Part shown: positions 49,508 through 63,616 of the stretch, one piece after another
Numbering within the stretch: position 1 is the stretch's first letter
How the letters are laid out: each line of letters opens with the position of its first letter
Notes under the pieces: model-generated
Seen by the model: only the letters and a program-made list of their open reading frames with translations
What the model was told of the DNA's origin: nothing
The model's database searches: none
Assembly (NCBI GenBank): GCA_964106915.2
Contig: OZ066920.1
Source of the DNA: Podarcis gaigeae
Lineage: Eukaryota
Direction: 5' to 3' (one strand)
Length of the DNA: 64,000 bases
Program-made: the position numbers and the translations under genes

Positions 49508-51172
49508 ATGTACTACTAGGCAAATACTGGCTGTGTTCACGCACAATGATTTACTATGGATATGTATATACTTTCCTTCTTCCCAAATGTGGCTTGTCTG
49601 AGCAACACACAACACGATTCTCGGTTTGGATGCAACATTAAGCCATGGATTACTGTTTGTAGCTCACACACAAACTAGAAGAAGAATAAAGTATGAGTAA
49701 TCTCCACATTCACAATAAACTATAAACTATTGTTTAAGATGCAGCCGATAAAAACATCAACTAATAAGTTTAATTTGGCTCTAAAAAGCTATCATGTGTG
49801 ATACAGAACTAGTTCCTGAGGTAAAGTTCAGGAAGACCCCCCACTGCCTCTATAGTATTTGGTCAACATTAGATAAAACATATATTTCTGCTTTAGAATC
49901 TATGTGCATTTGGAATTTTTCCTTTGGAGTGAAAGTGACTACTACCATTCATATTACAAATTCTCTTTTTTTATTTTTGCATAAATCCAACATATGATCC
50001 ATGAGGTTCAAAACAGCTTCCTAAAACGTGAATCAAATATTGGTAGACTATACAATTCCATCAAGTTTTTTGGATCTATGGGTGATATCAAACTAAATCA
50101 CATATTGAAATTAACGGACTTTAGTAACTTGTCCATTGATTCTATTGACTTTACTCTGACTTACCGTAATTGGGAAATCACCTTCTTATTTACATCTTTA
50201 AAGCCACTATGATCTACTGTTAACAGCTGAAGTGCCTTTTACAAGGCCTTAACAATGTTTTTTGGGGGGAGGGGACAGACAGCAAAGGGCAGCAATGTCA
50301 GAAAAACAATTTGCTTTCCAAATACTAAAAATAGATAAAGAAATAACTCAAACTGTGAAATGTCGGTCAGCAAGCATTTTATGCTAAGCAAAACAGCCTC
50401 CCCCCACCTTGCTAAAAATAAAATTGTATGTTACTGCAATACTTTTCAGTTGCTTCAGCCAAGAACTCCAAAACCTCCCTGAAACTAACCTCAGCTGGAT
50501 AACTTGCTTGTGTACTATGAGTCAGCAGTTCTCAACATTTCTGGAAATTCCTCAGTGTTAACTCCTCCCATATAGCAGGAAACTGCAGATCCAATTCAGT
50601 GTATACCAGGAAACACACAAAGATTTGCACATTTCACTGGAGCCACATAAGCATTAGATTACATTTTTGGGCAGTTACCAACCATGCTGCTTTCAGTGAT
50701 TCTCTTTGTTGCAGAAAAATAATGCTTAGTTATTTTCAAAGTGGGAATATTTCTTCTTCATCAGTGAACATTGTATATAAAGATATGAAACATAAGCACT
50801 GTTCAGCTTCTGAGTAAGTTATTCTTTAGACTTACCTATGTGATTTAAGCCTCAAAGACAACATCAAATAGCAAAGCATAATATGTTCATATTATACTGA
50901 ACCTTAAGCCCAAGATATTGGTTTCAAAACTGGTAAAGCTGTTATGTAGTACAACTACTCCTAAAATAAGGGTGTTCAGATACAAAAGGACATAAGAGTG
51001 GTTCTTTGAAATGTTATACAAAAAAACCACCAGCAAGTACAGCTTTCTCATTACTGCATGACAAGCAATCCCTGGCCAAAAATCCCTCTTCTACACAATT
51101 ATTAAGGAACAGGACCTTTGTTTTCCTTTGCACGGAGTCATCCTATCATTCAGGAGAGTGCTTGTTTTATAA

Positions 51173-51418
51173 CATGGGCAGGCAAACTAAGGTCCAGGGT
51201 CCAGATCCTGCCCAATCGCTTTCTCAATCCGGCCTGCGGATGGTCCGGTAATCAGCATATTTTTACATGAGTAGAATGTGTCCTTTTATTTTAAAGGGTT
51301 ATTTGTGGGGCATAGGAGTTCGTTCATTTTCTCTCTCTCTTCAAAATCTAGTCTGGCCCCCCACAAGGTCTGAGGGACAGTGGACTGGCCCCCTGCTGAA
51401 AAAGTTTGCTGACCCCTG
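51173..51418 (+). mobile_element. hAT MITE, same family as 20310 and 35593
   Basis: catgggcaggcaaact ... agtttgctgacccctg. Perfect TSD ttttataa. Confidence 0.9.
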
Positions 51419-54400
51419 TTTTATAATAAATAACATAAAAGGAAGGATTCATACCAATGCTTTGTAGCTTGAGAATATTAAAACAACAGCAGCAATGCAA
51501 TAAGCTTTGGATTCCCAGTCAGAAACATTCCAGGACCTAAGTATGTTGACATTTTCTGCAGTCTTGTTCTAGTGCCTATTAATGCACTTAGAAGTAGGAA
51601 GTGATAGGTAGATAATATTGAAATTTTGAACCCTTTGATGCCGTCTTGTCATCCCATTGCCATTAGCATGCCTCCTTGCCTGCAATATTAATTTGGCAAG
51701 ACATGCCTACCACATATAAGATGCACTTGTTGTATTACAATCTTCAGTGCAGAATGTCATGTACCACAAAAGGATCACATGGAATTCAGTTTTAATAAAT
51801 AATGTTCACAGAGGAACTTCATCCCAGCAATATTATTTGTCCAAATTCTATAGTCTAATAATTAGACGCTGCTGTCAGACTAATTACTGGTGTACTCAAG
51901 TGGGTGGAATTCAGTGTAGTGCTATGGCACAAGAATTTCAGCTTGCCAAACAGAATGATTCCCCACTCCTCTATGCCAAGTGCTTTTCTGGAGGCTCTTC
52001 CAAACTCCTGAACCAAATTCAGGGGGACATGAGGAATGTGGAAGAGAGGGGGGAACCACATTGCACTAACGGAAGTCTTTACACAGGCCTCCACAACTGG
52101 AACTTGGTAGCTGAATCCAGCCCAGTTAGAACAAACGTAAGAAAAATATTCTCATCCAAGATCATGGAAACCTCTGGCTCCATATAAGAAGCTTTGATAA
52201 AAACAGCAGAAAGAACAATGCAGAATGCACACTTATGTGTCATTTCCCTCAATAAACCGCAGCCAATGTTTGCTAGAGGATAGTGGTGTGACAAGAAACA
52301 AGCAGTTGTCTGATATGGTCTAAATACCTTTTGATATTTTATCTAGGGATGCTAGAACCAATCACTTTACACTCTGAAAAAGTCTTGATGGGCCCAGAAT
52401 ATTTTCTGAAGTCCACCAAAAACTCTAGACTCAAAGCAACCAACCTGCACACTGCATAAACCTCCAGAGTTTCACCAAACCGATCACAAAATTGACTCAA
52501 AGATGCACTGGTATATCACATACTACTTCATCAATTTGACAATGTCATCACAACATTCCAGAGATCTCTGAAGCATCACACAACAATGCAGAGTTGATGA
52601 CACAGCTGACCTGCAAAGTGTATCAGATACTTTTAAAGATGAATGGTGAAATTTGGCATGGCCTAGGGACATCACCAGGTCACAATAGGTCTTAGTACAC
52701 ATGGACAAGTAGAGATTTGCTCCAGAATATTGTGATTGAGATCCATAAGCCACATCCACATTTATGGCAAATTCTAGTGCTCCCTAGAAATTTTTGACTA
52801 GAATCCATTCTGGTCCAGACACAATTCCTCCCGATATGGAACTTAAATCCCAATCTAGCTTGAATTTCAGTGAGTGAGGAATCCTCAGAGAATTCTCAGT
52901 AGAGCCCCACATTTCATGTTATAAGGTAAGGAGTAGCCATTAACTTCAGATGCTCCATTAATATTTTGCTCAAATTAAATATGCAGTTTCACTGGTAATG
53001 CTAGAGATAGCAGATGCCAAACTAAATACTTTGCAAATAAACTGTTGTTATATATGTGAACAACTAAAGATATTCACTCTTCCATTTATAATCTTTAGTA
53101 TCACTACATTTCTCATTTCATGATGAACTGAATATATTATTTTACAGCAATAACAACATAATTAAGAAGTATGTATCTTATTGGCCCTTTTATATTGCAC
53201 AGCTTTCTGCTAAAAGAGACTTCCTGCCCTCAAATTATTCTCCAAAAACACTAGTCTAAAGCTCAGTAACAAAACAAAACAAAAAATCTGTTTTTCTCAA
53301 CCTTTTTATTTTTCTTTTCAGTACAGAGCAATGAGATTAAAAGTGTGGCAGACAGCCAAATACTTCAGCCATCGCAGTCACTAATAGATGCATTTAACAT
53401 TTATGCAGCTTTCAAATGTGAAGCATCTGGTTCCAATTTCAAATCTGGCTTGCATTGAAAGTGCCTCCTCCACAATACTTTTATTATAAACTGTTCTTTT
53501 CCCTACTTGTTCCCTCCCCCCTCGTTTTTGGAAGAGGCTGTTCCTTCCTTCTTGCTGGAAGCCACCTGACCACTGCCAGGAAGAGGAATGCAAAACATTC
53601 CCAGGAGCAGCTCCTGACGTCAGCAGAGCATTTCATCTCCCAATGTTCAGAACGGTCTGGAAATTCCAGTCTCTAGTAGAACTAATTGAATGCGATAGCA
53701 GCTGTAGCCTGCAATGAATCACATTAAAAACTGCTTCATGTTAAGATTATTGATGGTGGTATAAACTGCTCAAAACAAACACAAATCTGTTTATTTTCCT
53801 ATTGAACTAATGCACACTGTTTGTGTCTACCTTGCTTGTTGTTACTTTTATCAGATCCTTGAACCTTGAGCAGTTGCCCTTAGAAAATTAAATACATGCA
53901 TAAAAGGACTGTGCATTGTTTTACTTTTTCCATACATCTGAGTGGGAAGGGAGATGGAACAAAGAAGGGTTTAGTTATGCTAACAGAGGGTTAAACATGA
54001 CTCAGCTAGAAATTCCTCAACTGGGTTCATGCCATGCATGGTTGTTCACGTCATCCTATCCAGCCTTCAGGATATTAACTACTTCTAAACTAGAAGTTAT
54101 CTAGCTCAGCATATTTACATTCCCTTTTGATTTTAGTCAGAATCAGCAGTGAACCTTATTGCTAATGTACAGGCAATGAAATGCTTGTGTTTTATTTCTT
54201 CACATGTAGTACCTTAAGCAAACTACAGTCCCCAGAGTAGAACATCAAAGTAATAGATACCAAATGTCAGGTACAAAGTTCTGTACTTCCATAGAACGTT
54301 ATATCCACCACTTCCACAGTGCTGCAAAGGTAGGTTTTTATTTTATTTTAAACATTTTGGCTATGGGAGCACGGAGGGGAAGGGAAGAAGGCACAATGTG

Positions 54401-54708
54401 AGTAGTGGTATATCTAGAGCTTAGACCATATCCCCCCCCCCCATAAAATGCTTAAAAAAGAAGGAATGTGAAGCACTGAATTACTCCTTCACTCTCAGAC
54501 TACAGTTTAGCACTTTGTCCATGAAATATAAAGCTTTCACCATACTTCTTAAGCAATGTAGCTGTGAGTTCCATAGACCAATTGTTGACAGAATAAGTAA
54601 CAAAATTGACTGATTCCACAGTATGATCAAGGAATATGCACAACCCTAAATTTAATTAGACGGGTCTATGGTTTTAACACAGGCAAGGCCCAAATAAATA
54701 ACATAAAA

Positions 54709-54830
54709 CAAGGTTTCTCAAACTTGGATCTTCTCCACTTCCCATCATCCCTGACCACGGGTCCTGCTAGCTAGGGTTGATGGGAACTGCAGTCCAAAAA
54801 CAACTTGAGACTCAAGTTTGGGAAACCCTG
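54709..54830. mobile_element. Palindromic hAT-like MITE
   Basis: caaggtttctcaaacttg / caagtttgggaaaccctg. TSD acataaaa/atctaaaa (6/8). Confidence 0.7.
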
Positions 54831-55589
54831 ATCTAAAACATGATTTGAAATGATTCCGGATGTTTCCTGGGTTATCTTAATTACATTATATTTTTTATAT
54901 AAACACAGTTTGATTATAAACCATACATGGTTTAGGGGTGTATTCTGGATTTGAAATAAATAACACAAACCCTTTAATATCCTTTGTTTTTCAAAAAACA
55001 AAACAGCACATTATTTATTTTTGCCACATTCATACAATGTAGCAAGTTTAGACTCCAAAAGAGACAAATTTTCATTTGAGCAGATTTTCAGCAAAATATA
55101 TCCTCTACCACTATATATGTATATAAAATTGGGTGCTGTCTACTACAACAGTTTTAGTTATTGAGAACAACAACTTTTCACAAGGCCAAAAAAGTTAATA
55201 TCCAGGAAGGAGGGGTTGCAAAGGGATGTGGAGATATGTTAAACAATTTATCATAACAAATTTTTCCATGTGTATACTACAGGGAAGAAGGTTGTTCAAA
55301 AAGATGCCTCAAAATCCCATGACTCTCCTGAGTCCCATTCCAGGGATTTGTGGTCATGCAGTCACATCCAAGTTTCCCTGGCCCAAATTCGGTAAGAGAT
55401 TTGATTCCCTTTAAATCACTAAAGGGAACATTTGGCATGAAACTGTAAATTCAGAGATTCCCAGGAACATATAAACTTAAACTGAGAAAACATAATTTAG
55501 CAACATGCCATGACATAATTTTAACTTAGTTGTTAGCGAGCAAAATATTTTACAATGTATTGACTAGCAGCAAGCTCTCACAATGTTCA

Positions 55590-55900
55590 CAGAAAGGATG
55601 AATTTGTATACTTGCTGGTAGTTTGAAAGACAAAGTGCAGTGTTGAGAGTGGAGTTGTGTGTGCATGCAAGCTGGAAGCTGGAAGCTGGAAGCAAGGCAG
55701 CAGGCTGGGGAGGCAGAGTCAGAGCCATGCCTGATTTTTTCTGGAATGCAAGGCTGTGGCTATGAAAGAATCAATACCTTATTGGGGTGTTAATGCTGTG
55801 AACCGCTCTATCAGGTTGTATATATGTGTAAACAAACCATATATCATAAGGACATCTTGCTGCAAAGGAAACACGGACCATGGGTAAGCACTTGGAACCC
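55590..55900 (+). mobile_element. Possible solo-LTR remnant
   Basis: Purine-rich U3-like block with aagctgg x3, then gtatatatgtgtaaacaaacc, resembling a decayed LTR polyA region. Ends not defined. Confidence 0.35.
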
Positions 55901-57126
55901 CAAACCTAATTACTAGCCATGCTGATACACTAACAAAACTGAAACATAATTAATGAGAATAAAGACGTTTGCAGATGAAATGATTGTGAACTTTTAAAAC
56001 AAGCATGCCCTGTTAGAAGAGTTCACCTGAAAGTGTGCCATTCCATTTATGACACTTTATTGGAAACTTTCAACTTTGACTAAAAACTGTCAAATTTATT
56101 TGGTAAATGGTATTTTTGCAGCCAAAAATAAAAACACGTGCACTTCTAAAGCTATGTTATAATAGAGTTCTGATGTTAGATTTGTTACCATAATATATTA
56201 CATTGTTAAACAAACTATAAACCTTTTAACTAATCATATGTTGTAGCTTACACAACAGCTAAAGAAAGTAGTATGTGGCTTGAATCAGTTTGGTGTTCTC
56301 TCTGCACCCAATGCTTTATTTTGTTATTAATTGCTCATTTGTTATATTTTGTCTTGTTTTCAGGGTTTCCCTGTATGGAGGGCAACATCACATAGAGATT
56401 AAATACTTCAGTCACATTAAATAGCAGCACTACCTCAATATTCATTACAAAATATAGAATCATAAAAATAGGAAATGGGAAAAATAACCTTAAGGTATGA
56501 ATGGCTCAGAAATATGACATTTCCAGGATTAACAGCAATCAGACCTTGTGTTGGAACCATGCTGTGCTTGGAATACCATGCACTTCAAATGGGCTCCCCT
56601 TTCTTAAACTACCTATCTTTCATACCTGACCAAAAAAGAGAGCACACCCACATGACATTCATCCTGGATACAAATAAAGTGCCTGATATTATGCCAGTTG
56701 GGATGTGCGTGGAAGGAAAATGCTACTCTGAAGTGATTTCTTAGGCAGTGTGCATGTATTCCCACTGGACCATCAATGAAATCTAATTCAATCAGCCTCA
56801 TGTGTGGTAGACAGGTTTTACCCCTTAAATAAAGCTATCACCTAGTACAGCATTTCACTTTCCCTTAGAAGAGTGAATGACAGCATTTTACAAAGAAAAC
56901 GTAAAAGGGTACACCTGGGATAAACACTGGGGGCTACCTTTTCCACTTGTCCATGAAGACCCCACTGTCTGGGGAAGAGGCAGTTCCCCAAACTATTTGC
57001 ATTCCAATCTGCAGCCTGCTTACTCTATTCTATAGAATCAAATTAGAACTAATGCTGTCCCTTCATTTGCACAGTCCCATACTGAACTCTCTATCTTGGA
57101 CACACTGGAGTGGAATAGAATACTCC

Positions 57127-57189
57127 ATGGGTAGGGAAACTAAGGCCTGGGGGCCGGATCCGGCCCAACCACCTTCTAAATCCGGCCCG
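57127..57189 (+). mobile_element. Left-end fragment of the 20310-family hAT MITE
   Basis: catgggtagggaaactaaggcctgggggccggatccggccc. Confidence 0.75.
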
Positions 57190-59596
57190 CCAGAAAAAGT
57201 AATAAAAATGGAATAGGACTGAGAATCATGGAACTGGAATAAAGCAAAAGAACATTCAGTCAAACCCTGATCAAAGGAAGTCCTTCCATTCACCAATCAC
57301 TATACAGAATGGATTGTAGAGCGCTAGGGGGAAGAAAGAAACTGAACTGCAGAAAGATGCTTAAGGCAAATATTTCAAAGTAATACAAGTCTGCTTTAAG
57401 AAAAGGCAAAATACATCAAGGACACTGGAAATCAGACCTTTGTGGGCGAGTATTCTTTTGTAACACAAAACATGCTGATCAGCTGGCACCTGAACCTGAC
57501 CAAAGCCATCAGCTCACTCATTCTAAGGATACACCTGAGCAATATCTTTTCTCTGTTGCAACATCCCATCAGACCTGGTGTTACAGGAGAGTATTGCCCC
57601 AGGGCTTCAGGAAGGCCCACTGCCAAGTCTGACAAGGTCTACCTCTTGAAGACTGCTCTGACCTTCATCTGTTTCCTTGCAGACCACCCAGGATAATCAC
57701 CATCAGTGTTAGAAACGGAGATATGAAACCTAGGTTATGGGCTCAATAATGGAATGTCTAGGTGCAATTAAGTGGAAGGAAAGGAGGACCTTTTTCTGCC
57801 TCCCCACTTCCAGCTATTCTCTGAAGACTGGAGAAGAGATCCTCTTAAGAATATTAGGGGAGTGGACAGGGGAAGGACTAGACCATGTGAAAAATGAATA
57901 TAATATTTTAGCTGCAGTTCATTTATTTTCAGCTTTGTATTCTTGTTACTAAAAAATCGCACCTATCTCTGCAAGACTGTCAATTAATCCTTAAAATCTT
58001 ATTGTGATAAGATTTATTTTTAGTAGTTACATTAAGACTGAAAATTAGACATGATCCCCCCCCCCCCCAATGAATAACTGTTTCAGGTAGCAGACAGGTC
58101 ATTCATTGCTGGCAGGGGGCCATTAACTTGGCTAAGCCATTTGAAAATATTTTAGTGTGCTTTCTATCCAAAACTGTCAAAAGCAAAATTATTATCTTCT
58201 AACAGGGCCAGATTTCAGTTTTACCACTTCATCTTTAAACAAAATGTGGAATTTATAATGGGATTAAACACACATGGGAATACTCTTAAAAAGAGTCATA
58301 TATAATTTAAAGTTCTGCATCTAGCCCAGAGTTAATTCCTACTATACATTTTTACTGACTTTAACAAAACTGTCTGCTATCCCTTATTGACGTCAGTAGA
58401 CAAAAGCCCAATAGCAATTTCTGTCACTGTAGTATCTTTGGAATTTCCTCTTTCATATGAGTTAGAGATTTCCAAGTCTAGAATATTCTTCTTTATGGAT
58501 CACTATAATATTTTCAATCCCCCCCATTAAAAAAAAATAATCTTAGACATGACAACTTATTTTAAAACAGGTATGTTCATAATGCATGACTCAGTTCACA
58601 CATTTGTCAGAGGAACAGAAAATAAAATAAATATTCCTCCCTTCAAGGCAAAAGTTGACTTTTACAAACTTATCCTTTGACAACAATTAGATTTTTAAAA
58701 GTATAATATTTTTGCATATAAATAATGGGCAAAAGTATATTGAAGTTGCTACTACTATATTTCAAATGTATTTACTAACTGTATGACCCTGCCATATACT
58801 AAAAAAGCTAACATAAGGTATTATTTGTTTGCTGGTGCATTCACCTCTGATCTTACCTATTTTACCGTAAGCGGAGTACATAACCACTTTACTTCTTAAT
58901 CACACCCATTCTCTTAAATGTTTAACACCCACAGAGGATAAGTATTGCCAAAACAGGGATTGATGCATTGTCATAATAATGAGCCAACAGATCAATATGG
59001 CCTCTCTTGCTTTTGCAGGCTCAGTGTATTAGGTGATTGTGGCTGACATTTTGTTTTATTTAGGTTGTAGCTAGGTATTAAATTGGAAGTACACTGATGG
59101 ATACTTCAGATCTGTAAGATTTGCATTATTCCACATTTCTTATGTACACTGGATGCACACGACTGCACAACCATTGTTTAAGGCAGATTAATTTACTTAC
59201 TTAACACCATCATCCCACACTCAACTATTCCTAAACTTCACATGTATTATGTGTACCTTGACACTCCTCCCCCATCTTGCCATATCAATTCTGCAGCTCC
59301 ACATGGCACAACATATCATAATGCCAAAAAACAAACAAAAAAACACCAAGTCAAGCCACACTAACACTACTGGCATTCGAAATGCACTCTGAAAGTGTGT
59401 GAGAAAAGCTCAAAAAATGACAAATGTTATCCATTAAAAAAAATAAAGATACTAATTAGTATCCTCATCATTGCCTAGGGAATAGTTTAAAAGAGGAAGA
59501 AAGTCATTCTGAAGAGCCTAAGTCCACAGTAAAAGCATTACATTTATGAAGATTTTATTATCAAACACTTAGTACAATAATATAGAAGGTTGCTAC

Positions 59597-59598
<2 letters not shown>

Positions 59599-59642
<44 letters not shown>
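59599..59642. repeat. (CT)n microsatellite
   Basis: Directly visible. Confidence 0.95.
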
Positions 59643-59644
<2 letters not shown>

Positions 59645-60423
59645 ATAGCTTATAATCTCCAACTCTAAAGTCTTTGAAGGAGTAATCATCAACAGATTGT
59701 ATAATTAAATCTTTCTTCCAGCAGTGTTCTTGCAGTCAGTGACTTTGAATTTTGTTAAATTTTATTGTGGGGTGGCTGAGCTTCTTTTCCTTATCAGAGC
59801 TCTACTCTTTCTGCTTTTGCAAAAACTTCAAAGGAAGAATTTAAAAGACAACTAACTCTCTTTTTGATGGTAGGGATTTGTTTGGGGGGGGTTTTTTGGT
59901 CGACATTGTCTGCTTGAATATCTATAACTTTTTAAATGCATACATTCTATCAAAGGGTTCTGGAGGAACAATATCCCTTGTTGGTCCCGGTCTGACTGAT
60001 GAATGATTGATCCAGGGAGCTTGTGTTTATCAATGTGATAAATAGAGAAACTAAAGATATACAACTTCCAGAAGTATAGCAGCATTTATTTGATTTGTTC
60101 TTGCTTGGTGCTCTCCCTCCACAATAGTAGCTGGAGAACTCAACAAGGTACAATGCATTCCCCATCAGACAGGTAAAGGATTGATGTCCGCTAGGAAAGA
60201 ACCAAAACTTCTTGTTCATCACTTGAAAGACCATTACAGCATCTCATTTCATTATGCTTCACACATCTGAATTTAAAATATTTTTCACAGTTATATCATT
60301 ACATACACCTTGAAATGCAGCCTGGCCCAATAAGGTACAATAAATACATTTATGGAGATACATGAGCATGCCAAGAACAGATTGTGAATATTTTAATAAA
60401 TAATTAAAAATAAAAATACTTAC

Positions 60424-60643
60424 CAAGGAGGATGGATATATAAGACATCCTGCAGAGCTAGCTTGAGGTGAGCTGCTGTTTCTTTTGCAAAAAGAACTTT
60501 AAGCCTAGGCTCAACAACGGCAATTTTTTCTATGGAAGAACTGCCAGCACAAATTTGTCCCAACTGATGGCAGACAGCTACGCAGAGAGTGCATTCTTCG
60601 TGCATTTCTTCGATCTTCACAGCTAGTATGCCAGATTTAACAC
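60424..60643 (-). CDS. SPIDR: SPIDR internal coding exon (approx. human exon 8 equivalent), 220 nt
   Basis: Acceptor tttccag|GT and donor TG|gtaagt. Translates (G)VKSGILAVKIEEMHEECTLCVAVCHQLGQ...LKVLFAKETAAHLKLALQDVLYIHPPW, matching the recalled human SPIDR segment KSGVLTVKILELHEEC...LKVLFTKETA...IFPPW. Phase 1 in, phase 2 out. Confidence 0.95.
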
Positions 60644-60777
60644 CTGGAAATTAAGCAATAAAGCAGCTAAGATAAGTACTCCATGGGATGCAGAATACAC
60701 ACATGAGGACACAGCCCTACTTCTTCTACAGACATCTATGTGTGCAAGTAGGTCTTTAGATAATGAGCTTAGTTGTA

Positions 60778-60902
60778 CTTTTTTCATGGTTGTGTAGGAT
60801 AGATGTTACAACTCCCACTATCCCTGACCATTGGCTCTGCTGGCTGGAGCTGATGGGAGTTGGAGTCCCTCAAATGGAGGTCCATAACTTCCCCACCTCT
60901 GG
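60778..60902. mobile_element. Palindromic hAT-like MITE, degenerate
   Basis: tacaactcccactatccctgaccattggctctgctggctggagctgatgggagttggagtcc. Confidence 0.65.
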
Positions 60903-62650
60903 TATAGGTATTCAATACATAAAAAAACATTCCATTTTATTTAACTGTATCTGTAAAAACAATCTATTAATATTTACCAAGACAACTTTAACTAATATTT
61001 CAGTACTGTGCAACATTAAATAAATACACAAGGCAAACTGAAATTATATCTGAGTCCATATGAACCATAGCTCACGGGTAGCACATGGTCAGGTAGCAGA
61101 TGGCAAGAAGGATCTCTACCAGAGATGCTTGGGCTACAGAGGCTAATAGTCTGGTCTCCTATAGGGAAGCTTCCTATGCTCCTATCTGAAAGATATTGCT
61201 CTGCAGGCAAACAGCAAATAATATTGCACTTGACAAAAAGTGGGTTACCTAAAGGTTTTGGGGAACTTAAGTTATCCTCAGTCATCCCAGAGGTTTACAA
61301 AACAGAATAAAGATTTGCCTTAAAAAAGTATTGCTTAAAATGAGTAAGGACATGCCACATAAATTTTAGCAATGTATATGTTAATAGTGAGCTACAAATT
61401 TGTTGCTTAAATATGCAAACAACAACAGGCAATAGCTTCAGTGTGCAGCAAATCTATGAATTTGGACATACCGTAGATTAAAAGCTGCGTAGCTAGAGAA
61501 AAAACACTTGACACTTGAAATATTTAAGTATCAGAAAAGATGCTTAAGTATAGCGTACCAGGGTTTCTGAGCAGCTAGAAAGTACAGCCAAGAAGGGGTT
61601 TAAAGCACCACATCAAAGGAGTTATGTTCCAGTAATACTTAAGTGTAGTGCATGCAGCTGCCATTTCAATTAGGTCTTCCATGACATTCATATGACAAGC
61701 TTGTATTACTTTTATTGTCTTTTTGCTCTCATTTGTTTTCAAATACAGTACTGAACTAGAGAAAGAAGTGATATCACTTCATGAAAATTAGGCACTCCAT
61801 GAAAATTAGGGCGGCAGGGTGGTGGTGGAGAGAGAATCTACAGATAATCAGAAAACCAGAAATGTACTACTGCAGAGTGTCGCAGACCTACATTTTTGAA
61901 TGTAGGTCTTCATTTTTGAATGAAGCTTGAACTGTTATGGGGGTCCTTTCACAACCAGAAACAAGGTCTAAGTAGCCACTGTTAGCTTCTTCAATGGAGT
62001 TGTTCCAGATCACCACACCTTTACATCTGTGCTACTGGCTCTCAACCTTTGGGAATGTTGAAATATATAAACATACAAAAATAATTTAAAAATTGAGTCG
62101 TGCAAATCAAATTAGATCTACTAGACCCAAAATTCTTAAATAATGTGGACTAAATTCTTTTCTGGGGACCCTGAAGCTTAAGCTTCATTAGTTTCGTGGC
62201 AGATCCGCTCCTGACTACAGGACAGTGGAATTATTAGATGCAACTTTTTAAAGTCCACTCAGTACAGTAATTTAGAGATGCCAACTCCAATGTACAGCCC
62301 TTTAGTCAAAGTGTAACATCTCAAAAATACGTTCAGAAAAAAGCAGATACTATTTGCTATGACAATTTCAAATTGTTTTAAAATAAGACTGCTATGCTTT
62401 CTTAGAAAGTTCAGACTCATAAAATAAATTATACTAAGGGGCCAAAATATTTCCCCAAGAAAGCAAGAATATAATTTCCCCCCAGTAATGCCCCTGAACC
62501 AAACTTAAACATCTAAGCATTTTCCAACATGTTCCTGAACTCAGGCTGAAGTCAGCAAACTTAACTCAATCAAAAAACACTGCCAGTTATTCTTGCTTTA
62601 AATGCACACAAAGTTCAAGGTCTTTTTTTCAGTAATTCATTATATTAAGA

Positions 62651-62785
62651 CAGGAGTTGGGAACCTGTGACCTTCCAGATGTTGTAGGACTAACAACTCC
62701 TATCATCCCTGGCTATTGGCCATGATAACTAGGACTAATGTGAGTCAAAGTCCAATGTCATCTGGAGGGCCACAAGTTACCCAAA
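62651..62785. mobile_element. Palindromic hAT-like MITE
   Basis: gggaacctgtgaccttccagatgttg...catctggagggccacaagttaccc. Confidence 0.7.
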
Positions 62786-63476
62786 CTGCACTAAGAGGTA
62801 CACAGGCTGCTGGATCTCCTTGTGCCTCAGATGCTGATCCTTGTTTAAAGAAGAAATCACGTGACTCTTGTTCTAGCACACTGAGTAAGTGGGTAGATAT
62901 CAAAGAGAAACTGGAATAAAGTGATACAATTTGTGACGTCTTAATTGTACCAGTACATACATCATTCACTTCCTGAATACAGATATGCTATCTGAGTCCT
63001 GGTTTGATTTACAATGGGTTAGATAGCAAACTTTGAATGATCAAAGTTAGACCGACTACTGCAACTCTAGTTCTATGCCCTGCACAAAGGTACTTGGGAC
63101 TGAAGGCCTTCCTGTTCATACCACCTTAAAGTTTGAACCACCTTAAAGCTTTCAGCAAGGCGTTTCAAATACATATGTAAAGATATGTTACTAATTCAAG
63201 CAATTGAAAATTACATCTTTTCTCATCAGTTGAGTGCATGAGCATTGTTAGATGTCGACAAAGGTCCTTAAGTTTCTCTTTCCCCCACCCCTGTGCTGCT
63301 TTTTTTTTTTAAACACAAAACTTATTATTTTACTACTTTGCTTATAGAGTAGTTGGGCACAAGGCAAAATACAATACCAGTTAGACTCCAGCCACCTGGC
63401 ATCTGAATATCTATAGATATTAGCATACACAAATTTATGTCCAGGGCACAAGGATTTGGGAATGGGGAATATAGAA

Positions 63477-63616
63477 CAGGGGTAAAAAACTTGAGTTTCT
63501 CCAGATGCCTCTGGACTACAACTTCCATCATCCCCTGAACAGTGGCTCTGATGGATAGAGCTGATGGGAGTTGGAGTCCTGCACTATCTGAAAAGCCACA
63601 ATTCCCCCCAAGTCTG
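63477..63616. mobile_element. Palindromic hAT-like MITE
   Basis: ctccagatg...ggactacaacttccatcatcccc...gatgggagttggagtcc...atctg. Confidence 0.7.

Noticed and set aside
51747-52870. 146-aa ORF and coding-like composition, possibly an ancient LINE
   Set aside because: No RT or endonuclease motif can be read with confidence, so it is left unannotated.
57432-57700. GC-balanced block with ORFs on both strands, possible extra exon
   Set aside because: The four SPIDR exons already join in phase with no missing protein segment, and the translations resemble nothing I recognise.
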